Shown here in pieces: positions 1-8,701 of a stretch of DNA of 16,257 nucleotides. The position numbers were made by a program, and so were the translations under genes. The stretch lies in IMG/VR virus record IMGVR_UViG_2939127364_000003; one strand, given 5' to 3'. The notes under the pieces were generated by a model. That model ran no database searches. It was given only the letters and a program-made list of their open reading frames with translations, and was not told where the DNA came from. Numbering within the stretch: position 1 is the stretch's first letter; each line of letters begins with the position of its first letter. The DNA comes from a virus (taxonomy: Duplodnaviria; Heunggongvirae; Uroviricota; Caudoviricetes).

Positions 1-19
1 CTATTTGATAAATATTAAA

Positions 20-1315
20 TTAATTTTTCATTGCTTCGTTATGGGGCATGGTTGGGGCAAACTCGCTTAACTGTGTATTTAACAAAGCTACCTGTGCATT
101 ATTGTTTTCAGACATCCATTTTCCGTATACCTGAAATACCATTTGCGCATCTGCATGGCCCATCTGGTTTGCTATAAATGCCGGGTTAGCACCAGCTGTC
201 AGCGACCAGCAGGCATAAGTATGTCTCGACTGATATGATTTTCGATGGCGGAGTCCGGCACGTTTTATCGCTGCGTCCCACATCTGCCTTATTGAGTCAA
301 CGGTAAAATGGTCACCATAATTTTTTACTCTCGCTGACACTTCAGGTTGAAAAACAAAGGTGCATTTTTGTTTTTCTGTTCTGCCATACTCTCTGAGGTG
401 AACATCAATGATATGCTCTTTGCTCAGTCTCGTTAATGTCATCTGGCTCCGGAGAGCGTCGATTGCTGGCTTAATAAGATGAATGACCCGATTGGTTCCC
501 GCCTGTGTTTTTGGTACCGTGAAACGGTCTTTTGCTAAATTTCTCCTGATCATCATTGTTCCATTTTTCAGATCTATGTCCTCCCATCCAAGTGCACACA
601 GCTCACCAGGGCGAACGCCAGTATAAACAGAAACACACCATAAATTTTTTGCTTGCTGATTTCTGCACGCATCGATAAGACGGATAAATTCCTCCCGCGA
701 AAGAGGATCCGGAATGGTTCTTGATTCCTTTAATGGCGAGATCCCCTTAAGCGGATTATCTGGCAGGTAACCGTTATCAACACCAAACTGGAACACGGCG
801 TTAAGATTTGTCATGTAATTATTTACAGTTACAGCCGATCGCCCTGGTTGTGTAACAATATAGTTACTTTTGGGGATCTGGTATCCAGTCAGTAGCTCTT
901 TACGAACCTCCAGTAATTTTTCTTTATTAATCGATGAGGCAAGATTTTTTTCACCGATTATGCTCAGGATATTTTTGATGACGGCACGGTATGTGTTGAG
1001 TGATGTTTTGGCGACTTCAGTTTCTTTCAGTGCCAGAAATTTTTCAGCCAGTTCTTTTATGGTTAAATCTTGTCGGGCCTCACCAAATTTTTCCAGATTG
1101 CGTGAGGAGGGAAACTGTTTTGCATAGTCGAAAACACCAGTTTTTATTGCGTAACAAACAGAGGAGCGTAGTTCACCTGCAACGCGCCTGTTTTTTGCTG
1201 TGTCAGGAACCCCCAGATTTTCCCTGACTCTTACGCCTTTATAAACAAACCAGATACGTAATTTCCCTCCATGGTTTTCCACGCCTGTCGGATATTTCAT
1301 TTCAACTTCTCTCAT
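20..1315 (-). CDS. int: Tyrosine-type site-specific integrase (lambdoid prophage Int), 431 aa; the start could instead be the internal Met at 1300
   Basis: Intact ORF. C-terminal region has the tyrosine-recombinase box II pattern (SRHTYACW ... MGHADAQMVFQVYGKW), giving the R/H/Y catalytic residues. Sits at the prophage end with its 3' end toward the window edge and a small xis-like gene immediately upstream. Confidence 0.9.
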   Translation of the reverse strand: MREVEMKYPTGVENHGGKLRIWFVYKGVRVRENLGVPDTAKNRRVAGELRSSVCYAIKTGVFDYAKQFPSSRNLEKFGEARQDLTIKELAEKFLALKETEVAKTSLNTYRAVIKNILSIIGEKNLASSINKEKLLEVRKELLTGYQIPKSNYIVTQPGRSAVTVNNYMTNLNAVFQFGVDNGYLPDNPLKGISPLKESRTIPDPLSREEFIRLIDACRNQQAKNLWCVSVYTGVRPGELCALGWEDIDLKNGTMMIRRNLAKDRFTVPKTQAGTNRVIHLIKPAIDALRSQMTLTRLSKEHIIDVHLREYGRTEKQKCTFVFQPEVSARVKNYGDHFTVDSIRQMWDAAIKRAGLRHRKSYQSRHTYACWSLTAGANPAFIANQMGHADAQMVFQVYGKWMSENNNAQVALLNTQLSEFAPTMPHNEAMKN

Positions 1316-1334
1316 TAGTTAGTGTGGCTTTTAG

Positions 1335-1586
1335 TCAAGTAAGATGACGTCTTGGTCTCGCTGATGCCTGGCGCTCAATCCAGCGATCAATTTCTTCCAG
1401 GTTGTAAAAGCATGGACTGTTATCCCATGGCATACCGTCATGAGCGACATGCTTATATTCCCTTCCTTCCATAAACGATTTTTCCCGGGCCTTTTTTAAC
1501 GTACCTTTTTTTATTCCTTTCAGCGCAATTAACTGCTCTTCGGATACCCATTTGCCGGGAGAGACAATCATGATTACTTCGCTCAT
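1335..1586 (-). CDS. xis: Putative excisionase-like small protein (83 aa)
   Basis: Small basic ORF directly upstream of int on the same strand with a 19-nt gap, the typical int-xis arrangement. The functional call is positional; I do not recognise a specific motif. Confidence 0.55.
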   Translation of the reverse strand: MSEVIMIVSPGKWVSEEQLIALKGIKKGTLKKAREKSFMEGREYKHVAHDGMPWDNSPCFYNLEEIDRWIERQASARPRRHLT

Positions 1587-1658
1587 CGATTTCTTTATCT
1601 CTTACATCAGACGAGCGCCGGTTGCAGAATACCAGTCACAACCGGCGACAGTTGAACA

Positions 1659-4130
1659 TTAAGAATCAGCCTGACTCGGGATCAGTTTTTGCCAGATAAC
1701 TGAAACGTATTTTGCCTGGTAACGGGCGTCATCAAGTGCATTATGGCGCTCACCTTCGAATGGAATAGCCGTTCTGGCATCGAAGTCTATGGCTTTCCCC
1801 AGCTCAACGATTGTGCGTACATCGCGATCGTTGTAGTAACGCCACGGGCAGGGGATCCCCTGCCGTTCGTATGAACGGCGCAAAATCGTGTTGTCGAAGT
1901 TGGCTCCATTTCCCCAAACCTGAACAAAAAATTCACCGGAGTTTTCGTCGATAAATTCCCGCAATTGTAACAGTGCATCATCTAACGGGATTTCATCGGT
2001 CATAATGGCAGATTGCGCTTCGCGTGATTGCTTAAGCCACCATTTAATGGTGTTCCGATCAATGACTCCGCCAGCAGTTTCCAGATCGATAGTCTTACTA
2101 AATTCCGGTCCCATATCTCCGGTTTGCGGATCGAAAAATATTGCACCTATTGAGATGATCGGGGCATCAGGATTTTTTCCCATGGTTTCAAGGTCGATCA
2201 TTAGATGGTCACACGTCCTGCTGGTGGATGTGATTTCGTGATGACCGTTCACCTTAATTGAGTGATCTGCCGTCTCGCCAGTTTCATTATCGCTATTGTG
2301 ATGCTGATTGCCGCCAGTGTTCTCCTTGTGTGGATGTTCAGCGCCTTCCATTTCCTCCGGATCATCTTCCTGAACTTCAACCTGATATTCTTCATCGAAT
2401 GTTTCTTGATATGTTGCGTCGCCCATCACCGCGCCACAATCAGGGCAGTTGCCGCCGCCGGTCTGACCGCAGGCGGTGCAGACTTTTTCCACTTCCTGTT
2501 GCGCCACTGGTTCAGGCTGTTTCGTTTCTGGCTCGTTTTGTAACGCATTTGTGCTGTTTTGTTCCGCTTTTTGGTAGTTCCGTTCCGATTTATGCTGGTT
2601 CTGGTTCACAGAATCGCGGGTCTGGATCCCCTTAACCCATTTCGGATCATTCGGGTCACTAATCCCTTCAACAAATTCACCACGTGATGCAGCAAGCAAC
2701 TTATCGGCGTCAGGCTGGCTGATATTGGCTGCCTGCATAATTTTGTTTACTTCGTCAGCGGTAACTTTTATCGGCTCTGGTTGTTCTGAATCTTCAGCGG
2801 TATCTACATTTTGCGGTAAGCCCGTGTATGTGCCATTTTTTCGGGCAAAATATTCTTCTTTTGTGATTTCAGTGGCGCCAGCAGCCAGTGCCTTATCCAG
2901 ACCAGAAAGTTTGTTTGCGCGACCGTATTTTTCTCCGTCCTTATCTGCGAAGAGGAAATAGAACGGCCCCTCACGCTCTACAGATGGTTCAGCTTCCGGC
3001 GCGGTTTCATTTTTTGGGATATCAGATACCTCAGTTTCCACTGCATCAGTTTGTGTTTCTGATGACTGGAGAACATCAACAGTGCCCAGGTCTGTTTCTT
3101 CATTCTCAAACACGCCCTTTGTCGTCAGGTATTCGCAGATATATTTGTTCAGTGCTATGGGATCTTTGTGAATGTCGATCGGACGCTCACGGACAAGGCC
3201 AAAAATAGTCTGGCGGTCGTAGCGAAGGGCATCAGGCTGTTTGCGCATTGATGCCGAGATACGCTTCCAGTCTTCGCGGTCGTTGTCGATAACTTCTTTT
3301 TTTGCCCAGCGATGGATGCTGCCGTCAATGTTTCCGGCATCCACATCACCAGGCCAGAGAGCGTAGGCCAGTTCGTCATCCAGTGTTTTCCATGTCTGCT
3401 TGTATTCGCGATGAATGGCAGCAATGACCGGGCTGATTTTTCCTGTTGAATTTTCAGTGTACTGTTGATTGGCTCTGGCGCGGGCGAGATCAACAACAGA
3501 CGTGTATTTTCCGGTTTCCTTGCGTTCACCTTCGCGACGTTTTTTCCAGATGCGCATCTCTGCCTGAATTTCGGGCCATTTAGCACCAGGAATACATTTA
3601 TGCTTAACCCACCCAATGGCGTGCAACTTAAGCTCCGGATACATGGCGTTAACTTCTGGCATTTTCATCAACGCTTCAACGATATGTCCGTCGAATGTTG
3701 CCATGTCTTCCTGCAACAATTCCTGTGCGCTAATAACCATATCAACGGTGATGTTTTCACATGTGTCGAACTTAACCATGACAGCGTTCTGTACTTCAGG
3801 GGCCAGCTTGTCAAAAGTGACGTTCATCGGATCGGATTCAGTCTCAACCGGGACAAAAGAAGCAGACTCCTCATCCCAGCGGTTTTCCTGCATATATTCA
3901 GCATCCCATGAATCGAGGGCAGGGCGGGGTATGCCAGGTTTATCCTCGCAGACAATAAATTTATAAGCGCAGTCCTGAGCAGCCGGATAATGTTCCAGGA
4001 ACTGCCAGTGAAATTTTGCTCGAGCACGGCGTTCGTCGCCAGCTTCAATGGCTGTGGCTACAGCCACAGCGCCTTCTTCCCTTGTTGCCAGTTCGTCAGG
4101 AATAGCGGCGCAAATAAAGACTTTACTCAT
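1659..4130 (-). CDS. ydfE: RecE-like prophage exonuclease (YdfE-like, 823 aa) with a central CxxC...CxxC zinc-ribbon and a C-terminal DnaQ-like DEDDh 3'-5' exonuclease domain
   Basis: Long intact ORF. Central segment (DKLLAASRGEFVEGISDPNDPKWVKGIQTRD ... CTACGQTGGGNCPDCG) matches what I remember of Rac RecE. C-terminus carries DEDDh motifs (MIDLETMG as Exo I, HNALDDARY as Exo III). Position between xis and ydfD matches the Qin layout. Confidence 0.85.
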   Translation of the reverse strand: MSKVFICAAIPDELATREEGAVAVATAIEAGDERRARAKFHWQFLEHYPAAQDCAYKFIVCEDKPGIPRPALDSWDAEYMQENRWDEESASFVPVETESDPMNVTFDKLAPEVQNAVMVKFDTCENITVDMVISAQELLQEDMATFDGHIVEALMKMPEVNAMYPELKLHAIGWVKHKCIPGAKWPEIQAEMRIWKKRREGERKETGKYTSVVDLARARANQQYTENSTGKISPVIAAIHREYKQTWKTLDDELAYALWPGDVDAGNIDGSIHRWAKKEVIDNDREDWKRISASMRKQPDALRYDRQTIFGLVRERPIDIHKDPIALNKYICEYLTTKGVFENEETDLGTVDVLQSSETQTDAVETEVSDIPKNETAPEAEPSVEREGPFYFLFADKDGEKYGRANKLSGLDKALAAGATEITKEEYFARKNGTYTGLPQNVDTAEDSEQPEPIKVTADEVNKIMQAANISQPDADKLLAASRGEFVEGISDPNDPKWVKGIQTRDSVNQNQHKSERNYQKAEQNSTNALQNEPETKQPEPVAQQEVEKVCTACGQTGGGNCPDCGAVMGDATYQETFDEEYQVEVQEDDPEEMEGAEHPHKENTGGNQHHNSDNETGETADHSIKVNGHHEITSTSRTCDHLMIDLETMGKNPDAPIISIGAIFFDPQTGDMGPEFSKTIDLETAGGVIDRNTIKWWLKQSREAQSAIMTDEIPLDDALLQLREFIDENSGEFFVQVWGNGANFDNTILRRSYERQGIPCPWRYYNDRDVRTIVELGKAIDFDARTAIPFEGERHNALDDARYQAKYVSVIWQKLIPSQADS

Positions 4131-4223
4131 TTTGTTTTAACCTCATGACAGATTTAAGGATGAACAAATCCCTGCCATTGCTGGCATATAAGAATGAAAC
4201 CGGATATTTATTACGGAACTGTT

Positions 4224-4415
4224 TTAAAGACCTGCCGGGATTTCGATATTATCCTGGTGAATAACTTTATCGACCGGGTAACAGTTACCGGGAATTTTCT
4301 GTTCGGTTGCTGCAGTCATACACTCCTGCATTGTCCTGTGAACACTGACTGCAATATCAACTGGCTCTCCGGAAACAAGAAAAACTGTCAGAACAAGCGC
4401 AAATGCTGAATTCAT
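4224..4415 (-). CDS. ydfD: YdfD-like small protein (63 aa; Qin YdfD is reported to cause lysis when overexpressed), start taken at internal Met MNSAF
   Basis: ORF with hydrophobic N-terminal segment (MNSAFALVLTVFLVSGEPV). Its ATG overlaps the dicB stop in an ATGA motif (4412-4415), suggesting translational coupling. Matches remembered YdfD. Confidence 0.65.
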   Translation of the reverse strand: MNSAFALVLTVFLVSGEPVDIAVSVHRTMQECMTAATEQKIPGNCYPVDKVIHQDNIEIPAGL

Positions 4416-4600
4416 TGTGCACATCCTTTTGGCATCAGACGTAAACGAGCCAGCATTGAAACAATGCATATTTTATTTAATAGCTCCCGTTCTTGTTTTC
4501 TCTTGTTAATGGCATCTTCAGTAAATACAGGGTTACTGATAGTGACACCAATTTCAAAACAACCTTCAGACGTATTAACGTTTGGTAATAACGTTTTCAT
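4412..4600 (-). CDS. dicB: DicB cell-division inhibitor (62 aa)
   Basis: Translation from the internal Met gives MKTLLPNVNTSEGCFEIGVTISNPVFTEDAINKRKQERELLNKICIVSMLARLRLMPKGCAQ, matching remembered DicB. GAGGA Shine-Dalgarno 9 nt upstream. Lies directly downstream of DicF. Confidence 0.85.
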   Translation of the reverse strand: MKTLLPNVNTSEGCFEIGVTISNPVFTEDAINKRKQERELLNKICIVSMLARLRLMPKGCAQ

Positions 4601-4770
4601 TATCGCGTCCTCAACAATGAATTTTGTGATGCAGTGCCTGGTGCCTCCAGGTGACGTTAACCAGTTAACAATTAACGCCGGATACAGAGAATCCACCCAT
4701 AACACTGTTTTTGGTTTTAACTGTTCCGCGTGCGCTTAGCCGCATTCACCGCATCACAAAATTCACTTTA

Positions 4771-4827
4771 AAAACGGCGGCAGAGCAGTCACGGAGTAAA
4801 ACTGATACCGCCAAACGTCACCAGAAA
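4771..4827 (-). ncRNA. dicF: DicF small regulatory RNA (ends approximate)
   Basis: Minus strand reads TTTCTGGTGACGTTTGGCGGTATCAGTTTTACTCCGTGACTGCTCTGCCGCCGTTTTT, matching remembered DicF including the 3' GC stem and T-run. Located between the upstream operon gene and dicB as in Qin. Confidence 0.8.
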
Positions 4828-5102
4828 ATTGATAACAGAGGGCGTTGCAGCGGGGTTGTCACTTAAGCGTATGGTCAACCTGACAACTCGGTGTCCTCAA
4901 CGGGGAAGGAATAACCCCGCCATACTTACCGCCGCGCCATTTCGCGGGTTGCCACAACCGGAAGCGCACGGTCGAATTAAATTTAACGACACCGTACAGT
5001 GAGACGAACTTCGCCGTGCGCTTTCGTGTTGTGTGCCTGCTTTTAACCACGTCAGGCGAGGTGGTATCCTTCTTATTCCGAATAACCAAGAAGGAAATCT
5101 AT

Positions 5103-5303
5103 ATGACTAAAGAAGAATTTGTCTCTTATATTTTTGATAAAACGGTTGAAATGTATGCCGCTACTTACGGGTCCTGTAATCCTCTGAATAAACCAGAGGG
5201 GAAAGATGATTTCGACAAAATTTACCGCTTCTTGGAGGACCGCTATATCAAAAGGTTAGAGGACGCAGGGATCAAATCCCCAGTGAAGTCACCATTGTCC
5301 TGA
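5103..5303 (+). CDS. Hypothetical 66-aa protein on the opposite strand inside the dicB operon
   Basis: ATG at 5103 preceded by AAGGAA with a 6-nt spacer. Translation MTKEEFVSYIFDKTVEMYAATYGSCNPLNKPEGKDDFDKIYRFLEDRYIKRLEDAGIKSPVKSPLS is of normal complexity. 3' end overlaps the convergent 5272-5649 gene by 32 nt. No family recognised. Confidence 0.4.
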   Translation: MTKEEFVSYIFDKTVEMYAATYGSCNPLNKPEGKDDFDKIYRFLEDRYIKRLEDAGIKSPVKSPLS

Positions 5304-5649
5304 GAACTTGCAGGACGTCATGATCGTAACTTCCATCCAAACCGCGACGGCAAATTGCTTCTCGTATTACCGGAAGCAGTTCGCTGGAAATCTCGGTGCA
5401 TATTTCACCTGCTAATACGCCTGGCTCAAGTGAGAATATTGGTGAACTTACGGTCTTGGTCTCGACAGTTTCAGAGTCAGTGCCAACATTATAAAGCTCA
5501 ACGAAAGCGGTCTTGATTTTCCGGGCCAGATCTTTTGCTGGCTCGCTTGCAATATCTTTCCCGATTTCTCGCAGCACAGAATGCAATGTATGAGCTGCTG
5601 TTTTCTGTACATCAGACGGTAAATCTTTAAATTCCATCGTCAGCCTCAT
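5272..5649 (-). CDS. Hypothetical protein (125 aa from ATG 5649, or 121 aa from ATG 5637) in the position of Qin ydfB/ydfC
   Basis: ATG at 5649 overlaps the ydfA-like stop (TGATG, 1-nt overlap). The alternative ATG at 5637 has a GAGG 6 nt upstream. Protein is of normal complexity and I do not recognise it. Confidence 0.6.
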   Translation of the reverse strand: MRLTMEFKDLPSDVQKTAAHTLHSVLREIGKDIASEPAKDLARKIKTAFVELYNVGTDSETVETKTVSSPIFSLEPGVLAGEICTEISSELLPVIREAICRRGLDGSYDHDVLQVLRTMVTSLGI

Positions 5650-5801
5650 CAGTCAGTGTTTCTGGCTAACCAGCAACGCGCGCCAGATTCGGTTTTAAAC
5701 GTTTTGCTTTTGGTATATGTCATCGCGGTGAACGTACCGTCCTGGTTGGGGAACACGCCACATACCAGAGATTCGCTGTTGCCAAGATCGATAGTATCCA
5801 T
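5649..5801 (-). CDS. ydfA: YdfA-like small protein (50 aa)
   Basis: Internal-Met translation MDTIDLGNSESLVCGVFPNQDGTFTAMTYTKSKTFKTESGARCWLARNTD matches remembered Qin YdfA. GAGG 7 nt upstream. First gene downstream of dicA on the same strand. Confidence 0.7.
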   Translation of the reverse strand: MDTIDLGNSESLVCGVFPNQDGTFTAMTYTKSKTFKTESGARCWLARNTD

Positions 5802-5877
5802 GCTGACCTCATTTCCCCTTAACGCCGGGGTAGCGGAACTGTTTGCTGAGAACACCGTGCGGTGTGTTGATGGAGGT

Positions 5878-5930
5878 AATTTAGTTTTCTCATTATTTTT
5901 CGTCAAGGTTTTTTGATGAGAAAACTCAAG
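5878..5930 (-). promoter_or_regulatory. Putative dicB-operon promoter with DicA-operator-like sites
   Basis: On the minus strand TTGACG (complement of 5901-5906), a 17-nt spacer, then TAAATT (complement of 5878-5883). Imperfect palindrome GATGAGAAAACTCAAG at 5915-5930 just upstream, and a further TGAGAAAACT half-site inside the spacer. Confidence 0.45.
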
Positions 5931-5993
5931 TATTGGCGCAAGATAAAGCCAATACATTGAAATGTAAGGCTTTAAAATTTTGTGAAGGGATGA

Positions 5994-6401
5994 TTATTGA
6001 TGCTTGTTGCGTTTGCGAGCCTCTAATAGCTCGGTGAACAGGCGATTAAAATTCTCAACGCGGGCGCGGAGTTCGCTGAGTTGTGCTTGTTGCTCTGATT
6101 TAGGAAGTGCGCGATACAAACGCAGCATCTCTAACTCATCTTCCGATAAGTCTAAGGCACTATCGAGTGAAACAGGGGGAGCTGGTGTTTTGTCCTCGTC
6201 GCCAAACAGTATCCAGGTTGGTGAACATTGCAATACCTCGGCGAGGCGATGCAAATTTTGCCCACGCGGGGCTGTATGGTCACTTTCCCATAATGAAATT
6301 GATGAGCCAGATACGCCAGCAGCTTTGCTTAAACCGTTTTGACTTAAGCCTACCTGCTTACGTCTTTCTCTAATGCGTTGACCTAAAGTTTTCTCGTTCA
6401 T
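5994..6401 (-). CDS. dicA: DicA-like HTH (XRE-family) repressor, 135 aa from internal Met MNEKTLGQ
   Basis: HTH region (QRIRERRKQVGLSQNGLSKAAGVSGSSISLWE) and C-terminal segment LQCSPTWILFGDEDK...RARVENFNRLFTELLEARKR match remembered DicA. Divergent from a Cro-like gene. Confidence 0.85.
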   Translation of the reverse strand: MNEKTLGQRIRERRKQVGLSQNGLSKAAGVSGSSISLWESDHTAPRGQNLHRLAEVLQCSPTWILFGDEDKTPAPPVSLDSALDLSEDELEMLRLYRALPKSEQQAQLSELRARVENFNRLFTELLEARKRNKHQ

Positions 6402-6422
6402 ATTTAGATATCTTAATAACCC

Positions 6423-6466
6423 TTGACTTGAGATTCCTTGAGTGATTAGCATTGAGAAAACTCAAT
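6423..6466 (+). promoter_or_regulatory. dicA-dicC divergent control region with a perfect 16-bp palindrome ATTGAGAAAACTCAAT (6451-6466)
   Basis: TTGACT at 6423-6428, about 18-nt spacer, TAGCAT-like -10, with the palindrome over the predicted dicC start region. Repeated TTGAG half-sites at about 10-bp spacing. Same motif as the site upstream of the dicB-operon promoter. Confidence 0.5.
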
Positions 6467-6478
6467 ATTGGAGGTGCG

Positions 6479-6706
6479 ATGTTTAAATCAGACGTAATTA
6501 ATTTTTACGGTACGAAAGCCAAAGTAGCGAAAGCTGCTGGCGTTGACCCATCTGCTGTTTCTCAATGGCAAGAGCTGGTTCCTGAAGGTCGCGCGATGCG
6601 TCTACAGGAGGCATCTGGCGGGGAGCTTCTGTATGATCCCAAGGTTTATGACGAATATCGTAAGACGAAGCGGGCGGGGCGGTTGAACAATGAAAATCAC
6701 TCCTGA
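6479..6706 (+). CDS. dicC: DicC-like Cro-type regulator (75 aa, start at internal ATG 6479)
   Basis: GGAGG at 6470-6474 four nt before ATG 6479. C-terminal VPEGRAMRLQEASGGELLYDPKVYDEYRKTKRAGRLNNENHS matches remembered DicC. Divergent from dicA. Confidence 0.8.
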   Translation: MFKSDVINFYGTKAKVAKAAGVDPSAVSQWQELVPEGRAMRLQEASGGELLYDPKVYDEYRKTKRAGRLNNENHS

Positions 6707-6948
6707 ACAGGCTCGTGAGGCTCTGGATGCCTGGATATGTCGACCAGGAATGACACAGGAGCAGGCGACGATATTAATCACTGAAGCATTCTGGGCTTTG
6801 AAAGAGCGCCCGAACATCGATGTTCAGCGTGTCACAGATGAAGGTGGCGCGGTTGATCAGCGAGCGCTTGGCGTTAATCGAGTGAAGATATTCGAACGCT
6901 GGAAGGCTATCGACACCAGGGATAAGCGTGAAAAGTTCACGGCGCTAG

Positions 6949-6971
<23 letters not shown>
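6690..6971 (+). CDS. YdfX-like hypothetical protein, 3' end interrupted by IS5 (native coding sequence ends at 6948; last 8 codons are IS5-derived)
   Basis: ORF overlaps the dicC 3' end by 17 nt. Reading frame runs into the IS5 left inverted repeat and stops at 6969-6971. If IS5 is removed the frame would continue about 6 codons into the sequence after 8144. Confidence 0.55.
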
Positions 6972-8143
<1,172 letters not shown>

Positions 8144-8201
8144 TTAGCACTGTTAAAAATTTAATCCTTAACCGGAGGGATTTCTGCACCCTCAGAACAT
8201 C

Positions 8202-8230
8202 AGGAGGCCGCCCGAAAGGGCGGTAGTTAA
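8202..8230 (+). promoter_or_regulatory. Shine-Dalgarno plus GC hairpin (GNRA loop) immediately upstream of the 8231 ORF
   Basis: AGGAGG (8202-8207), then stem CCGCCC (8208-8213), loop GAAA, stem GGGCGG (8218-8223), then 7 nt to ATG 8231. The hairpin would bring the SD to working distance from the start codon. Confidence 0.35.
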
Positions 8231-8368
8231 ATGCGAAAGTTTAAAATAATTATTGAAACGGGAATAGCCGGTGGAGATTTCGAGGATGAATTCGAAGTGG
8301 ATAATGATGCGACGCCTGATGAAATACATGACGAAGCAAAAGATATTTTCTTTAACTACTGCAATTAA
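8231..8368 (+). CDS. Hypothetical small acidic protein (45 aa)
   Basis: MRKFKIIIETGIAGGDFEDEFEVDNDATPDEIHDEAKDIFFNYCN; below the ORF-track size cut-off, found by manual translation. Preceded by the SD-hairpin element. Confidence 0.4.
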   Translation: MRKFKIIIETGIAGGDFEDEFEVDNDATPDEIHDEAKDIFFNYCN

Positions 8369-8405
8369 TCATATCACGAAATAAAAGACGAAGAGGAAGA
8401 ACAAA

Positions 8406-8582
8406 ATGGCTGATTTTGGTTCAACTAAATACAACGTCGGTTTTGAAGAATGGCATGAACTGTTAATGGACTATGCAGAGTTACGTGGTGGCAGTGCTGC
8501 TGATGCTGAAGCATGGCGTGATGATTATGAAGCAGGAAAAACTCCGGTCGAAGCATATTGTGATGAGTGGGGCGATGAATGA
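8406..8582 (+). CDS. Hypothetical small acidic protein (58 aa)
   Basis: GAAGAGGAAG Shine-Dalgarno ending 5 nt before ATG 8406. MADFGSTKYNVGFEEWHELLMDYAELRGGSAADAEAWRDDYEAGKTPVEAYCDEWGDE. Stop overlaps the next ATG in an ATGA motif. Confidence 0.5.
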   Translation: MADFGSTKYNVGFEEWHELLMDYAELRGGSAADAEAWRDDYEAGKTPVEAYCDEWGDE

Positions 8583-8701
8583 GCGAGGTTAATTATCAGG
8601 AAGGGCATGAAACGGCGGGGCAAGCAAAAACAGTGGCATGGCGATATCGCTACGTGAAAAAAAGGCGTTACGGACTTTCAGGGGAAGTAGTGGTCTGGTG
8701 A
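8579..8701 (+). CDS. Hypothetical small protein (40 aa), possibly the 5' part of a frameshifted longer gene
   Basis: ATG overlaps the upstream stop (ATGA). MSEVNYQEGHETAGQAKTVAWRYRYVKKRRYGLSGEVVVW. A protein-like open frame with no start codon continues in another frame from 8691 to 8894. Confidence 0.3.
   Translation: MSEVNYQEGHETAGQAKTVAWRYRYVKKRRYGLSGEVVVW

Noticed and set aside
870-1227. Plus-strand ORFs 870..1127 and 1000..1227 antisense to int
   Set aside because: Embedded in the integrase gene with no start context; shadow ORFs.
1787-4048. Ten nested ORFs of 64-153 aa on both strands inside the RecE-like gene (1787..1981, 2005..2241, 2258..2635, 2262..2543, 2725..2961, 2888..3208, 3155..3616, 3465..3911, 3616..3966, 3824..4048)
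   Set aside because: All lie within a long, well-supported coding sequence, have skewed composition (Arg/Cys/Ser-rich) and no ribosome-binding sites; they are out-of-frame or antisense shadows.
4194-4409. Plus-strand 71-aa ORF antisense to ydfD
   Set aside because: Fully overlaps the better-supported ydfD gene and has no ribosome-binding site.
4859-5089. Minus-strand 76-aa ORF upstream of DicF
   Set aside because: Low-complexity, highly basic translation in a GC-rich structured region that is more plausibly the DicF precursor RNA.
6452-6706. Longer 84-aa version of dicC starting at 6452, and the 152-aa version of dicA starting at 6452
   Set aside because: Internal ATGs (6479 for dicC, 6401 for dicA) give the expected protein lengths and, for dicC, a proper GGAGG; the extensions would run through the shared operator/promoter region.
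8691-8701. prfB-like programmed +1 frameshift at UGG-UGA-C
   Set aside because: The P-site codon would be UGG, whose tRNA cannot re-pair in the +1 frame, and the SD-like element is wrongly spaced; an ordinary indel or separate ORFs is more likely.
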